The notes: generated by a model not told the origin, from the sequence alone. 64,000 nucleotides of DNA from Octopus vulgaris (GCA_951406725.2 OX597821.1:73098001-73162000); one strand, 5' to 3'; positions 27,392 to 41,187 are shown, counted from the stretch's first letter. A program made the numbers and translations.

Positions 27392-28153
27392 TGTGTGTGT
27401 GTGTGTGTGTGTGTTTGTATTTATGTATGTATGTATGTATGTATGTATGTATGTATGTATGTATATATATATGTATGTATGTACGACATTGGAGATGGTA
27501 GCAATCTGGATGCTGAACATCAGGACAATGGAGGGACGGGAGAGGAGTAATTATGAAGATAATGAGAAAGAAGAAGAGGATGAAAGAAGCGAAAGAAAGA
27601 CGCCAAGAGACGTCATCGAGTGAGAAGCAGCTGTTTGATTTCTACCCTCGTCTCAGCTGCCGCCGACTTCGCCATTAGACTGCGTGATAAATGTCATTTC
27701 ATAAAGTACAATTAGCCTTTATAAAGAAATTGGTGGAAGGTTGGGGAATTATGGGGGCGCTTATTAGAGCAGGTGTCGTTGTTGTAGTTATTATGGTGGT
27801 GGTGGTTGTGGTTGTAGTAGTAGTAATAGTAGTAGTAATAGTAGCAGCGGCTCAACCGCTGATTAGCCTCAATTTCCTGATTATTCAGTAACTCTTCATT
27901 TACCATTCTGAGTTCTCCAACAGTGGAGGAAAGAAACGTAAAATTAAGAATCTTGCATATCATTTAACGGGTTAATGGGTCACCACCGAAGACGTCGCCT
28001 TTATGTAGGATGGGTAAGTTCGTGTCAGCGTGACCCTCACACTGAATGTGTAAATTTATGTATAAAACTTAAGACGGTGCCCCAGCATAGCCACAGACTA
28101 ATGACTGAAACAAGTAAAAAGAATAAAAGAATAAAAGAATATATATATATATA

Positions 28154-28295
28154 TTTCTGTTGAAGAGCGTAGGCTCGAAACGTAAAAGACTTTTTCATTT
28201 TCCCGAGCGTCAAACTAATACATTTGCTTGTTGTTCGTACATCTGTGCTCTTCTTTTTTTTTTTTTTTTTGTATTTTCTATGAATTTCAACTATA
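28154..28295 (+). mobile_element. PLE pseudo-LTR fragment starting at a variant hammerhead (28154-28188)
   Basis: Reads ttt-CTGTTGA-a-gagc(gtag)gctc-GAAAC-GTA-aaag. The downstream sequence matches 61224-61320. Confidence 0.75.
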
Positions 28296-28459
28296 CATGG
28301 GTATATGTCTGTTTGTATCCATGTATAAATGCTTGACCGATCAACTCCAGGGATGACTTCCCGGACTTGGACCTTGTCTGGTCAGGTGACTTTCAACAGC
28401 TTTCCCACGCATTTCTTGGGAGCGGCTTAGGTTTTTGGCGTGGTGTTTGTAAATCGTCC

Positions 28460-28890
28460 AAGTCGTCTTGTTCGAATGCCTGACACACGACTCCCGAAGA
28501 GACTGTTTTACAGGGAATAGGCAGAAGGCAAGTGCACGCAACGGGGACAGAAAAATAGGCTTCACGGATACACTAACAGCCTCATTGAAGAGCTTTGAGA
28601 TCATCCCCGAGGCCTGAGAAACGCAAGCACAAGACCGTTTCGCCTAACGAAGCTGCACCAACAGAGGTACCACCACCTACGAATAGAATGCAGGGGCACA
28701 AAGAAAATGCGAACAGCGCAAGTCTAGAACCAGCAATGCGCCTTCACTTCAAGTAGGCCACCAGTGCTTGACCGGCTGCAGAGCCTTCCCAGCACATATC
28801 GGACTGGTCGGCCTTAGGCGGACACACTGTACCCCGCCTTCTTCTTTCATGTGATGTCCTTGGTCATCGTTGAAAATGACGATCAAATAA
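28460..28890 (+). mobile_element. RTE (BovB-like) LINE 3' fragment, degenerate
   Basis: Translation gives LVRMPDTRLPKRLFYRE*AEGKCTQRGQK / FTDTLTASLKSFEI..QDRFA*R..CLTGCRAFPAHIGLVGLRRTH. The 3' end has a small stem-loop gtcatcgttgaaaatgac. Confidence 0.9.
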
Positions 28891-29749
28891 TGTGTATAAG
28901 TGAGTATGTATGTTGATATATATACATACATGTATGCATATATATGCGTGTGTACACACGTGCACATACACATGCGCGCGTGCATATACGCACGATCATG
29001 GTAGAAGTTAACCCTTCACCGAGTATGACCATTTCTTGTAAAGTTGTATAATTCTTGGATGTTACCATAGAAATCTGCAAAGAGTGGACATTTGCTAGCA
29101 TGGAATTGCTGGTCAGTTCCAGAAATATGTAAGTTTTCTAAACATCACCTTTTCTAGCTCCTTCTTGATTAAGAGACGAGCAGCAAAAGAGCTTCCGAAT
29201 CTCTCTATCGCCATAATTTGGAAAAGAAGCAGACAATATCCCAAGCGGCCTCTCTCTGCTGTTTGTCCCAGAACTTCCAATCTCTGTAAGACTTCATATT
29301 TCTTAATGCGTTTTCCTTTACGTGAAGCTGATTGTTGTGAGTGAAGTATGCATAGATCTGCCCTCACTGTTTACATGCAACAGAAGATATCTATCCAGTT
29401 ATGGGTAGAATATATGTATCCTGATATACACTGACTATATCTACCCTGATACAGACAGAATATATCTGCCCTGAAATTAATTAGAGTAACAAGGAAACAT
29501 AAAACAAAATGTCTTCCCTTCCCTCATATATAGAGTGTGAAGCTCTTTATTTAAGGAGACGGTAAAGTACAACGAGAAAGCCAACTACGCTAGAAAAAAT
29601 GGACCAAAACAAAAAAAAATAACAAAAAAAGAAAGGAAACAAAGCATAAAATCAAAACGAAATTCCAAAGCATATTAAAGAAAAACTAAAAAACAGAAAA
29701 ACCAGTTTGTGAATGATGTCCCGCAAAATTCGACTGAAAAATTTACTAA

Positions 29750-30125
29750 TGTAGAAGCAAATAATGCCCTGAATGATCTGGTTTAAAGAGGAAAGAGGTC
29801 TGATTTTAGCTACACAGGACCAATGTTTAAGGCACAACTAACTATGAATACATAAAGGAAAGAGATTCATGGTTTGTGCAGGCTATGTTGGTTGCAGGAG
29901 GAGATAACTGGCAACATGATTTCGGGCTGATCTGTTTCCGCCACACGATCGAGTTGGCATCTGAGCAAAACAGATAAAATGTGTTACAAACATGTACAAA
30001 ACATAGTGTATAGCAATGATGTGGACACAAATAATGCACAACCTGACTGTCCAGACACCGACTGCCCAAACTGACAAGGAGATCAAGGAAAGCCAGTCAC
30101 ATATAATAATCATGGAGTTGATTGA
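29750..30125 (+). mobile_element. Highly degraded RLE-type (R4/Dong-like) LINE fragment
   Basis: Frameshifted remnants GLILATQDQCL, CRLC..E....ISG, HDRVG, CYKHV and QTDKEIK occur in the same order as in ORF 50503-50874. Confidence 0.7.
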
Positions 30126-30316
30126 ACGTGTCGGTTTTGATGCGCATCTCGATATATTTTAACCAAAACATTGCTTGAATGATTGTGGAGGAACCGCTAA
30201 CGTATAAGGATTTTCAAAGCAAAATTAGCAGATTTGAGCCATGGAGCTATATACATACATACATACATACATACATACATACATACATACATACATACAT
30301 ACATACATACATACAT

Positions 30317-30880
30317 GATGGCTGCCCCCACGTTATCGAGTATGGCTTAACTGTTGACGGTGCTATGATCGAACGCGACTTTTTAGCCCAGCTAAAGATC
30401 TACAATGTATTGTACAGAATTGGTAGCTAAAACCTTTACTGGCAATAGCAGGCTGTAATTGTAACTGGGCTTCATGTACCTTTTCATGTAGTTTAAGTCC
30501 TCCCGCCGAATTACACTCCCTTCCACATGTCTGACAGATATGATTAGTATGGTGTGTAGCACCACCACCAGTGGCGAGGTCGTAAATCATCGGTCTCGCT
30601 TTATGACTACGAAGATGACTCTTGAGTCCAGCTTTACTGAGGCAGGTCTTGTACAGGCACTGCCATGTCAGCGTCATAGGAATACCCTCATCATCTGTAA
30701 GTGCAACAGCGATGCCCTTCCTGACATCCTTCCTCACTTTCTCATGCGCACCTCGAGATTTCTCAACAGTAGCTGTCCCCTCGTGCACAATCCTTCTCCA
30801 CCTGCTATGGTCAATAGCTATGCCCTCCCATGTGTCAGGAGAGATGCTAGCATCTTTCAAGGAAGCCTTCAGCAAGTCTT
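30317..30880 (-). mobile_element. 5'-truncated RTE-clade LINE with three C-terminal C2H2-like zinc fingers
   Basis: ORF 30363-30968 reads KDLLKASLK...TWEGIAIDHSRWR (RTE C-terminus), then ..KAGLKSHLRSH, CQTCGRECNSAGGLKLHEKVH and a third decayed finger. (TACA)n lies on both flanks. Confidence 0.9.
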
Positions 30881-30965
30881 TACATACATTCATACATACA
30901 TACATACATACATACTTACACACATACATACATACATACATACATACATACATACATACATACAT

Positions 30966-31150
30966 CATCGAAACGGAGGATTGGTTTCTCCTCCTGGACG
31001 AACATTTGGACCGTTAATGCCAATGGTGAATGTAGCAAACGAGGTCAATCCTTGCGTAGAACACGTGATTGCACTGGCCACATGTGTATGTCAGAGTCAA
31101 TTGGGGTTGCTGTTGCCTGGCCTTCCGCTGCCGTTGTCTCCCTTCCTCCT
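30966..31150 (-). mobile_element. Second RTE LINE extreme 3' end
   Basis: Translation RQRQRKARQQ..YTCGQCNHVFYARIDLVCYIHHWH is a basic helix plus the terminal finger typical of RTE. Confidence 0.75.
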
Positions 31151-31347
31151 CTTTTTTTCTTCTTTCTCTTTCAAATAATATTACGTTATTGTTTATGTTT
31201 TGTCTGTAGTCGGAACGGTTGGTCACGGTTGTCGCAAAAGCCAAGAGGTCGAATCTAGTCTGCTTCAGAGTTCACTTTTGATGATTTTTGCAGTATTTTT
31301 TGTCGCAAAACCAAAAATAAATATAAAAAACTTTTGAAAAAATAAGG

Positions 31348-31388
<41 letters not shown>

Positions 31389-31389
<1 letters not shown>

Positions 31390-31925
31390 GTGTGTGTATA
31401 TCGTCCTTGGTCCTTATGCCGTAAATACCAATATGAAGTAACAGAACTGGTATGAGAATGTGCCAAATAAAGTTATGCAGGACGATGGAAAAATAACGAT
31501 ACTCTGGGACTATGATCTTCAGACAGATCGTGTAGTCGACAATATCCGTCGGTGGGATATTGTCATATTGAGTAAGAGAGCTAAATACTGTCAGATCATT
31601 GATGTAGCCACACCAAATGGCATGGATGTTGTGAGTAAAGAGTACTCCGAATTGAAAGTGGAAATGGCAAGATTGTATGGAATGCGAGAGGGCAATGTAA
31701 AAGTGATACCAGTGGTGATCGGAGAGTTGGGCTCAATCCCATTGAAATTTCAAGACTTCTTAAGGCAACTGGAAATGCCATGCAAGATTGATGTCTTGCA
31801 AGAAAACAGCCTTACTGGTCACAGCGCACGTCTTAAGGAAAGTATTATCTGTCTGAGGTCTTTGTTGTCACTTGACAGATGACTAAAGACTCCGGTGCAT
31901 TTTTACCTGCACTGTATTATGAAGG
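31389..31925 (+). mobile_element. 5'-truncated RLE-type (R4/Dong-like) LINE in a (TAA)n tract
   Basis: Translation WYENVPNKV..ITILWDYDLQTDRV...DIVI...IIDVATP...YSELKVEMARL..VKVIPVVIG.LG is a PD..D-type endonuclease domain. (TAA)n lies on both flanks. Confidence 0.92.
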
Positions 31926-31945
31926 AATAATAATAATAATAATAA

Positions 31946-32016
<71 letters not shown>

Positions 32017-32112
32017 ATTATTATAATTATAATAATAATAATAATACAGGTAGTAACCAGCTACCCACATAATTCTACTAGAAATAAGACCGAACCTGAG
32101 CCAAACCAAAAT

Positions 32113-32573
32113 AATAACAAGAGCATTCATAGAGCGCAAACCTCCGCCAAGGCAACACCAACGTCCTCTCAACGATTAGCCAGAGATAATTTTAAAAGTG
32201 AGAATATCTTAAATAAACTCGACTACTCTCACAAATGAGAATATTAAAAATGAACCCGACCGCTCTCAAAAATTATGTAGAAAAACCAGAAAAATAATCC
32301 AGAATCCTTGTCCGGTACCTGATTGATCCCAGTGGTAGACATGAAATGTGAAGGTGGCTGTAGAAAATTTAGTAACAGTAACAAATAGTTTGTCTTTATT
32401 TAATACAAGCCAAAGTTAGCAAATTTACCATTCAAAATAGTTTCAAAGGCAGAGGTAGTAATAATAAGTTCTACTCAGGAATTTTTAAATGAATAGCATG
32501 AGACCTTTTGGTTTTCTCTTCTCTAAAATTCTGGCCTGTCTTTAGTATTCCTGTTGTTTTAGATCGATGTATA

Positions 32574-32651
<78 letters not shown>

Positions 32652-33097
32652 AGTATACTGTAAAGTGTTAGTATGTATGTAAAATATATAATACATATAT
32701 TATAAAAATATGTCTCAGTGTTATTTAATTTCTGAACAGTTTTGCTGCCGTTTGTTTATGTAGTTTGATTTCTTTATTCATCGGTTTCAACTAAGATAGA
32801 AACGCGAGTAAAATTAATAATAGAGAAACTAAAATAAAACTTTGGAAACAGCCTAAAGGGAGTTAATTGAGAAAGACTTGAAAGTCAACGTAAGATTGTA
32901 ATCATGTAATGTAAAGTAAATATAATAAATATATCAAGAATACTTGTCCGGTACCAGATCGATCCCAAAATCTAATCCGTTTGTGCCAGTCATGAGGTCA
33001 AGCATCCCTGAAAGTTTCATCCGAATCCATCCAGCGGTTCTTGAGTTATCATGTCCACGGTCAAACAGACAAGCAAGCATGACTGAAAACAATACAG
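32113..33097 (+). mobile_element. Helentron/HINE-like non-autonomous element interrupted by about 600 bp
   Basis: Starts with acctccgccaagg. The 3' part aaagtttcatccgaatccatccagcggttcttgagttatc..acagacaagc resembles DINE-1/HINE cores. A 31-bp direct repeat at 32301-32331 and 32937-32967 brackets the interruption. Confidence 0.55.
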
Positions 33098-33163
33098 TGA
33101 GTTTCTTTGTCCTAGGCGTCGGGAAGACACTCGGCAAGAAATGGAAAAAATTGAAAGAACAGG

Positions 33164-33164
<1 letters not shown>

Positions 33165-33232
<68 letters not shown>

Positions 33233-33273
33233 GTAGTAATAATGATGATGATGATGATGATGATGATGATAAA

Positions 33274-33363
<90 letters not shown>

Positions 33364-33385
33364 AAGAAGAAGAAGAAGAAGAAGA
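33165..33385. repeat. Compound (TAA)n-(TGA)n-(TAA)n-(GAA)n array
   Basis: Directly visible. Confidence 0.97.
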
Positions 33386-33929
33386 ATTCTATTGAATAGA
33401 AATATCGCTTTGGTATTCTTATACAGCATTTGTTACCCTTAGATATCTTTATACATATTTTCTGTATTGTACCTCATTATTTTTGATGCGAGAAAGGACA
33501 TTTTTAGTGTTTCTCAAACCAACATTTTCAAACCAAAAGTTTTTAAAAAATGCAAAATAAAAATTCACAACCGATATTCTCTGACTTAATATAAAAACTA
33601 TTCACTCGCCATCAAGAATATTGATAAAGATAGTTACAAAAATAACAAAAACAACCGGAATCGAAAATATACTCTCTTCCAAGTTTTCTTAGAATAGTAG
33701 TTTTCTAAAAAATTAATCTCGAGTTAAGAACTTCTAAAAGGTTTGATAGGAAGAAATCGAACCCATATTTTATTCCATTAGGCTTTCTTTGCAATTTACT
33801 ATTAAAAAATTCAATTTGAATTTCCTTGAAGTTCAAAGCGTTATTGATGATAAACATATTTTATCGCGGAGGGGAGAAAATGTTTAAATATCAAATCTAT
33901 CGACGAAAATGTCAGCAAGACTTACAGCC

Positions 33930-34552
33930 TGTGTGTGTGTGTGTATATATGTGTTTATGTATGTATGTATGTGTGTATGCATGTGTGTATGTATGCATGT
34001 ATGTATGCGTGTGTATGTGTGTATGGATAGATGTGTGTATGTATGTGTATCTGTATGTATGTATATATGTACCTATGTATGTATGTGTGTGTTGGTATTT
34101 ATACGTATGTATGTGTGTATGTATACGTGTGTTTATGTATGTATGTATGTATGTATGTGTGTATGTATGTATATGTGTATGTATGTATGCATGTGTATGT
34201 ATGTATGCATGTGTATGTGTGTATGGATAGATGTGTGTATGTATGTGTTCGTATGTATGTATATATGTACCTATGGATGTATGCGTCGGTATTTATACGT
34301 ATATGTGTGTGTGTGCACATATGCGTGTGAGTTATAAGCGTGTATATGTTTGTATACTGTGTGTCAGTATATATGCATGTATATATGTGTATATATGTGT
34401 GTGTGTATATATACATGCGTGACGTACAGAAGGCCGTATCCACATGCGTTTAATATGTATGTATATCCGGATGGGTGCATACAAATATTGTATATACTTA
34501 TACATGGGACTATTTATAAGACCATATGAATGTGTTGGTATATAGAAGTGTA

Positions 34553-34637
<85 letters not shown>

Positions 34638-34690
34638 ATATATATGTATATACATATGTATATATATACATATATATATATATGTATATA

Positions 34691-34726
<36 letters not shown>

Positions 34727-34770
34727 TGTATGTATGTATGTATGTGTGTGTGCATGTATGTGTGTATATA
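33930..34770. repeat. Cryptic (TG/TA/TATG) satellite with an internal duplicated block
   Basis: The block gtatggatagatgtgtgtatg..gtacctatg..ggtatttatacgtat occurs at about 34021 and about 34221. Confidence 0.9.
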
Positions 34771-34774
34771 TGTT

Positions 34775-34981
34775 TGTGTGACTGTGTTTGTCCCCTTGCC
34801 ATTACTTGACAACCGATGCTGGTGTGTTTACGTCCCCGTGACGTAGCTGTTCGGCAAAAGCGACCGATAGCGTAAGTACTAGGCTTGCAAAGAATAAGTC
34901 CTGGGGTCTATTTGTTCGACTAAAGGCGATGCTCCAGCATGGCCGCAGTCAAATGACTGAAACAATTAAATGACTAAAAGA
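34775..34981 (+). mobile_element. SINE family A 3' half
   Basis: Reads tgtttgtcccc..cttgacaaccgatgctgg..gcagtcaaatgactgaaac. Confidence 0.92.
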
Positions 34982-34989
34982 ATGTGTAT

Positions 34990-35075
<86 letters not shown>

Positions 35076-36527
35076 AATAAATATAAATACAAATATACAC
35101 ATATATATGTTCATACACACACACACACACACACACACGCACATGCATATAGATACATACACCTGTGTATGATTCCGATATATGTGTTTCAAGCGCAAGC
35201 CATTCCGTTCGTGTTTGGTGAGCTGGCGAAATACAACAGCGATCAGGAAGTAATCAAATGGGAGGTTGTTACATAAAACAGCAACATTAATCTGATAAAT
35301 CAGCAAGGACAGGAATAGTGTGGAAAAAACACGACATCAAACCTGAGTAAATATCCATTTAGTACTGAGATAGCAGCCATGTGCAAGTGTGGGTGTGTGG
35401 CCGGGGGTATGAATAGGCATGTATATATATATATATATATATTATGTATATGTATGTATATGTGTGTGCATGCATCCGGGTATGTATATGCATGTACATG
35501 GGTGTGTATATATATATGTCTCTATAAATGTTTGTGTGTGTGTATTTGTGTGTGTGTTTATAGTGTTTATATATGTACAGCATCTAATGGTGTAAAGGAA
35601 GCACGGACGTACTAGGCGCATCCCAATTTCAACAGCGCTTATTATTAGGTAAGAAGTTTTCTGTGCATTAAAATCTGCAATATAAACTTAACTTCGCAAA
35701 AAAAAAATGACTCGAAGTGAATTTTGAGACATTGGGGGTGGGGGTGAGGGGGGAGTGCATCTATTTTTAACTGTATGTATATGCGTAGGTTTGTTTTTAG
35801 GGAGTCCGTTTCGTGAGTTGCAGGGCTTTGACGAGTGTGTGATCCCATTTTAGAAAACTATTGTTCCGAGGTCTATTCTGATCCGAAGTAGTCGCATTTG
35901 TCAGGTTCCCCAGACATAGGTTTACAAGCATTTGTAATGGTGCTAAAATATAATAATTTTTTTTTCCGTAACAGAAGGAACAGGCATATAACGAGGAAAT
36001 TCTTAGAATCGTCCAAAAAGAAGCAGAAGGACCGAATAAAATGTCTATGTATCAATTAATCACGGAATGCAGAAACAGTTTTGGTTCCTGTCAGGGAGTA
36101 CAGTAAAACGACCAGGAAAGGGGGACTCCTACCTGTTGTCACAGACCCTTTCTAGGAGACAGAAAAGCTCTCGTACAAAATTTGCAGTTTCACATTTTCA
36201 CTGGTATGTCTCACTTCTGCCTGTAACGAGGAAATAATCACCGAGATTCGGAGAGTGGAACTCGTATTGGCACAAGACTTTACCATTTTCCGATGATGTA
36301 CAAATGTCTCTTTATGCTCACCTCATTAGTCTTCCCATCGACTGAAAGTCCTAAGGCGTCTTATATATATATATGTATATATTGAAAGTGAGTTACGGTT
36401 GTACTTGGGGTTTTAACACATACTCACACATATACATACAAACATACATACATACATACATACATACATACATACATACATACATACATACATACATACA
36501 TACATACATACATACATACATACATGT

Positions 36528-37400
36528 ACATCCCTTGACCAAGTTTTCATACATGAGGCTGATAACATCATAAGACTTGGAAGACAGCTCCTTGAGCAAC
36601 ATTCTTTGTCTGATAACCTAGAATACTTGCCCAAAGAAGTCGCACGACTCTACCATAACGTATCATCAGATGAAAGGATGAGCCTATATGAGCAGAAGAC
36701 TATGCATGGATATATAAGTAGAAAGCTCCGTGATGATAGTAACATCGATCGTCAAAGCAGTTTATCATGGTCCAATAGCCAGATTACTACCTCCCACTTT
36801 GAAGGGTATGCGTTTGCAATCACGAAAATCACGGTATAATCTACCGATAAGACATGATGTTGTAGCCAGAACACTGTATAACGAGATCCAGCGGAAGGAT
36901 AACCCCGAAAACAAAGAAATAAGAAGCAACAGTATGGTAGAAGCCATAGCCACTCATAATAAAAAGGAGTACTGATGGAATAACCCGGTGAAAACCTCAA
37001 TAAAATGTAAACACAATAGGCCTGATATAAGGATTTGGGATAGAGAAGAGAAACTGTGTACAATTGTGGAAATTAGCTGCCCAGCGGATGTTAACATAAA
37101 GCTGAAGATCAGTGAAAAAGAGAACACCTATGCTGATCTATTGAAAAATCAGCAGTTATTCTATCCAGATTACAAGTTCAGGTATATACCTGTAATTATT
37201 GGGGCACTGAGATATTTAATACACTACCTAAATAACAGTCTTGAGAAAATAGGCTTCTCAAAACCAGAAAGCAGAAAGTTGACTCGAAGACTACAGATCC
37301 AATCTACCATTGGAACTGTAAAAATCCGTAAAATTTTCCAGAATTTAAACATTTAAATATATACAAGTATGTCTAGATATGCAAGAATATGCATGAGAAT
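36528..37400 (+). mobile_element. 5'-truncated RLE-type LINE in a (TACA)n tract, zinc knuckle deleted
   Basis: Translation gives KTMHGY..SHFEGYAFAI / LPIRHDVVA / KHNRPDIRIWD..IVEISCPAD..EKENTY..IPVIIGAL. (TACA)n lies on both flanks. Confidence 0.93.
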
Positions 37401-37536
37401 GCATACATAAAACATACACATCTGCACATATACATACATACGTACATACATACATACATATATATACATACATACATACACGCATGCATGCATGCATGCA
37501 TACATACATACATACATACATACATACATACATACA

Positions 37537-37570
<34 letters not shown>

Positions 37571-38190
37571 CACACGTACGTACATACATACATGAATGGA
37601 AGGCATGTTGTATGTATGTGTTGTTTTGCGTTGGAATTCAATTTACTGACATTAAAGAATTAAGCATAAAGAGTTGATCGATAGATGATCGATGCGAGAA
37701 AGCACTCCAGGAAGTTTGGGAAAGTTGAGAGTTGAATGGAATGAAATGATAATGAGTGGCAGGCGATGAGTGATTGTCAATTTGTGGGCGTGGTCAGAAG
37801 AGAGAGAGAGAGAGATAGGGTAATTAACATAGAGTTGGGGAGGAGAGCTAGTTCAAAATCATTATCACATTATCATATCATCTTTTCTCATTATCAGAAA
37901 AGACAGATGTGTACTCTTCCTATGACGTCATCAAATCAAAACGAAGAATAGAAGTCACTACTTTGAGCTAATAAGAAATTTCTCGATATTAAAAGACTGA
38001 CGATGTTCGTGGCCACCAGAGGAGGGCAGGGGAGAGAAACCTCGAAATGTAACTGCACAGTACCGTCGTATGAGTTTGAACCAGAGAACAGTGGGTTGCT
38101 GTTCGAGACTATTAAATTGATATCTATGTGAAAATAATGGAACACAGCTGGACACAAGAATATCTTTTTCGATATTAAGTTTCGAAGAAA

Positions 38191-38384
38191 ATGGCGAGCT
38201 GGCAGAATTGTTAAGGAGCCGAACAAAATGCTTAGCAGCATTTCGTTCGTCTTTTGCGTTTTGAAGTTCAAATTCTGCCGAGGTCGACTCTGCCCTTCAT
38301 CGTTCCGTGGTCAATCAAATTGAGCACCGGAATCGATCTCATCCCTTCCCCCGAAATTGCTGGCCAAAATGTGAAACCAATATT
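38191..38384 (+). mobile_element. SINE family B, host of an inverted nested copy
   Basis: Reads ggcgagctggcagaattgttaagg..gttcaaattctgccgaggtcgac. Confidence 0.88.
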
Positions 38385-38753
38385 CTTTTCTACTCTAGGC
38401 ACAAGGCTCTAAATTTTGGGGAGGGGAGAAGTCGATTAGAGCGAACCCAGTACGCAACTGGTACTTAATTTATTGACCCCGAAGGATGAAAGGCAAAGTG
38501 GACCTCGGCGGGATTTGAACTCAGAACGTAAAGACAAACGAATACCTATTTCTTTACTACCCACAAGGGGCTAAACACGGATTAAGTCGATTATATCGAC
38601 CCCAGTGCGTAACTGGTGCTTATTTAATCGACCCCGAAAGATGAAAGGCAAAGTGGACCTCGGCGGAATTTGAACTCAGAACATAAAGACAAACGAAATA
38701 CCACTAAGCATTTGGCCCGACGTGCTAACGTTTCTGCCAGCTCGCCGCCTTAT
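38385..38753 (-). mobile_element. Dimeric SINE family B with 15-bp TSD
   Basis: Two tandem Nin/Deu-like cores. The TSD tgtgaaaccaatatt lies at 38370-38384 and 38754-38768. Confidence 0.93.
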
Positions 38754-39152
38754 TGTGAAACCAATATTAAGTGACAAAATGGGTCAATGAATGATGGAAA
38801 CGAGATAAACCGGGAGAATGGTGAAATTTAGAGGAAGCAGTTCTCTCTCCCTCTCTCTCTTTCTCTCTCGCTCTCTCTCTCTCTATCACCTGGTCTAGTA
38901 GAAACTCACACAGGAAAGACTGGGATGTGGCTACGTTGAATAACACGATTGTACACACCAGTACCGCCAGATCCTGTCACTGGATCCAACTACAAGGTTT
39001 ATCAACAGGAACAACGGACTATGTTGTCGGAGATACAACATCCCAGGAAATTTCTGTTACTTATTTGCAACAATTTGATAAATTGGAACATTGAGGTCTA
39101 TGAGTAGGTTGGCGAATAACATCCGAATATCTCTCATACGTCCATTGCAGCT

Positions 39153-39256
<104 letters not shown>

Positions 39257-39339
39257 TATATATACGTGTATATATGTGTGTGTATGTGTGTATGTAAACA
39301 CATATATACACGCGTATGTATGTATATACACACACATAC

Positions 39340-39441
<102 letters not shown>

Positions 39442-39599
39442 ATATATATACACACATTGTATATGCTTACATCCACATATATTTCAATGAGACAAGTTGT
39501 AGATTAATTTCACTCAAAAATAAAAATTTGTCGGACTCTGCATCGGACTATTGAATTAATAAGACTCTTTAATAATATTGCACTGTTGGATTCTCTAAT

Positions 39600-40640
39600 C
39601 AATCGCTCGCTGATAGATATCGCAGCCAAGTCTCCCTCAAATTATACCTTATAGTCTTCAATACAGAAAAACCAGATGTCGTCATAGACTCACCATGTCT
39701 CAATAAATGTCAGGATGGTCACAGCTGGAAAAGACATGGTCGTTGAATAAAAACTAAACTGGAACTAAACAAAAACAACATTCAAATACATAATCCAACA
39801 AAGATTGATATTTTCTCGGGGAAATAGTTTTCAGTTTATATTTATAGTAAATATCGTGCTGTAGCTCTCCATCGCTTCTGACCTATTGCATTTATGAACA
39901 AGCATTTTACATTTTAAGATATATCCAGTGATCCATAGGATGGGAGCAGCTGCTCGAATTGGCTGTTCATCCTGCTGAAAATAATATCGAAATATCCTTC
40001 AAATCACGCTCTACATTCTTAAAATTAAGAGGAATATACGGAATGGTGTCTTCTTTCATACAACTATGCTTCTCAAAAGAAAACAAAAAAAGACGATATA
40101 TTTACAGCTGAAGCCCGTTCGCTCATATATCTGCTGAGTTCGATCAGGTCCTACCTAGGGGTGAAACAGCAATATTCAGTGATTATTTTAATTTGATTTA
40201 ATAAACTCGCTGCGCTAATTTAACAGTTAAAAATTTCGCACAAGATTTATTTCCGAGATGCACTTAGACACCAAGACAAGAACAATGGAAGCATATAAAG
40301 ACTGTTTTATGGCTCATTTCAGCAAACGGTTGAGGTCAGTGGGTCATGTTTCTTTCGGTTTACAGCTCAGAACCACATGCCGACAAATACTTCAATGTTT
40401 TGCAATGTTGCCGTTACTTTTAACAATCTATCCAGGGAGTCGCATCGTGATTGCTTGACCTGCCATAAGAAGCAGACAAATCTTCCTCTGGTCACACCCT
40501 AAAGAAATGATGCATTGGATAATGTCGTTGTACACGTGATAGTGGTGAGTGAAATGTTGTCGATCGTGTTTGTTCAAGCAAAGGTAATTCGAGACAAAAA
40601 TCAACGATAAAGATGGACCTTGTTCACGGCTGAGTGATTT
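39600..40640 (+). mobile_element. Three diverged copies of an old interspersed repeat (family D)
   Basis: Motifs gcagccaa(a/g)tctccctcaaat...gatggtcacagctgg...aaacaacaac occur at about 39600, 39965 and 40455. Related fragments lie at about 1330, 9890 and 56600, and on the minus strand at about 6150 and 24020. Confidence 0.65.
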
Positions 40641-41187
40641 CGGCTCAACACGACGCGGTGTCATGGAAAACACGGTGGGGACTGTGTCGGTACGATTTAT
40701 ATTTTGTGAAGTTTATCGATTCCGATAAGTTTGTATTGGGTAGAGAGAAGAGGAACCGGATATTTCGAAAATGGTCTTTCATGGCAGTGTTACACACACA
40801 CACACACACACATACACACACACACATATACACACATACACGTGTTGCATTATTATATAGTCTTCGTTAATGGGGCCGAATTAAGTAGACTTTTGGGCGT
40901 TTTCTATTCTTTCTTTTATTATTTAAGGAGATACTTTACAGCTGTTTCGATCGTACGACCTTAACGAATTCGGCCATATCCTGCAAGAACTTATGATGGA
41001 AATGACTGCACTGTGACCTCTTATATCATATACATACACACATACATACACACATATACACATACATACAAACATACATACATACATACATGCATACATA
41101 CATACATACATACATACATACATACATACATACATACATACATACATACATACATACATACATACATACATACATACATACATACAT

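Noticed and set aside
29113-29367. Possible LINE ORF1 fragment
   Set aside because: No diagnostic motif is present, so it cannot be supported without a search.
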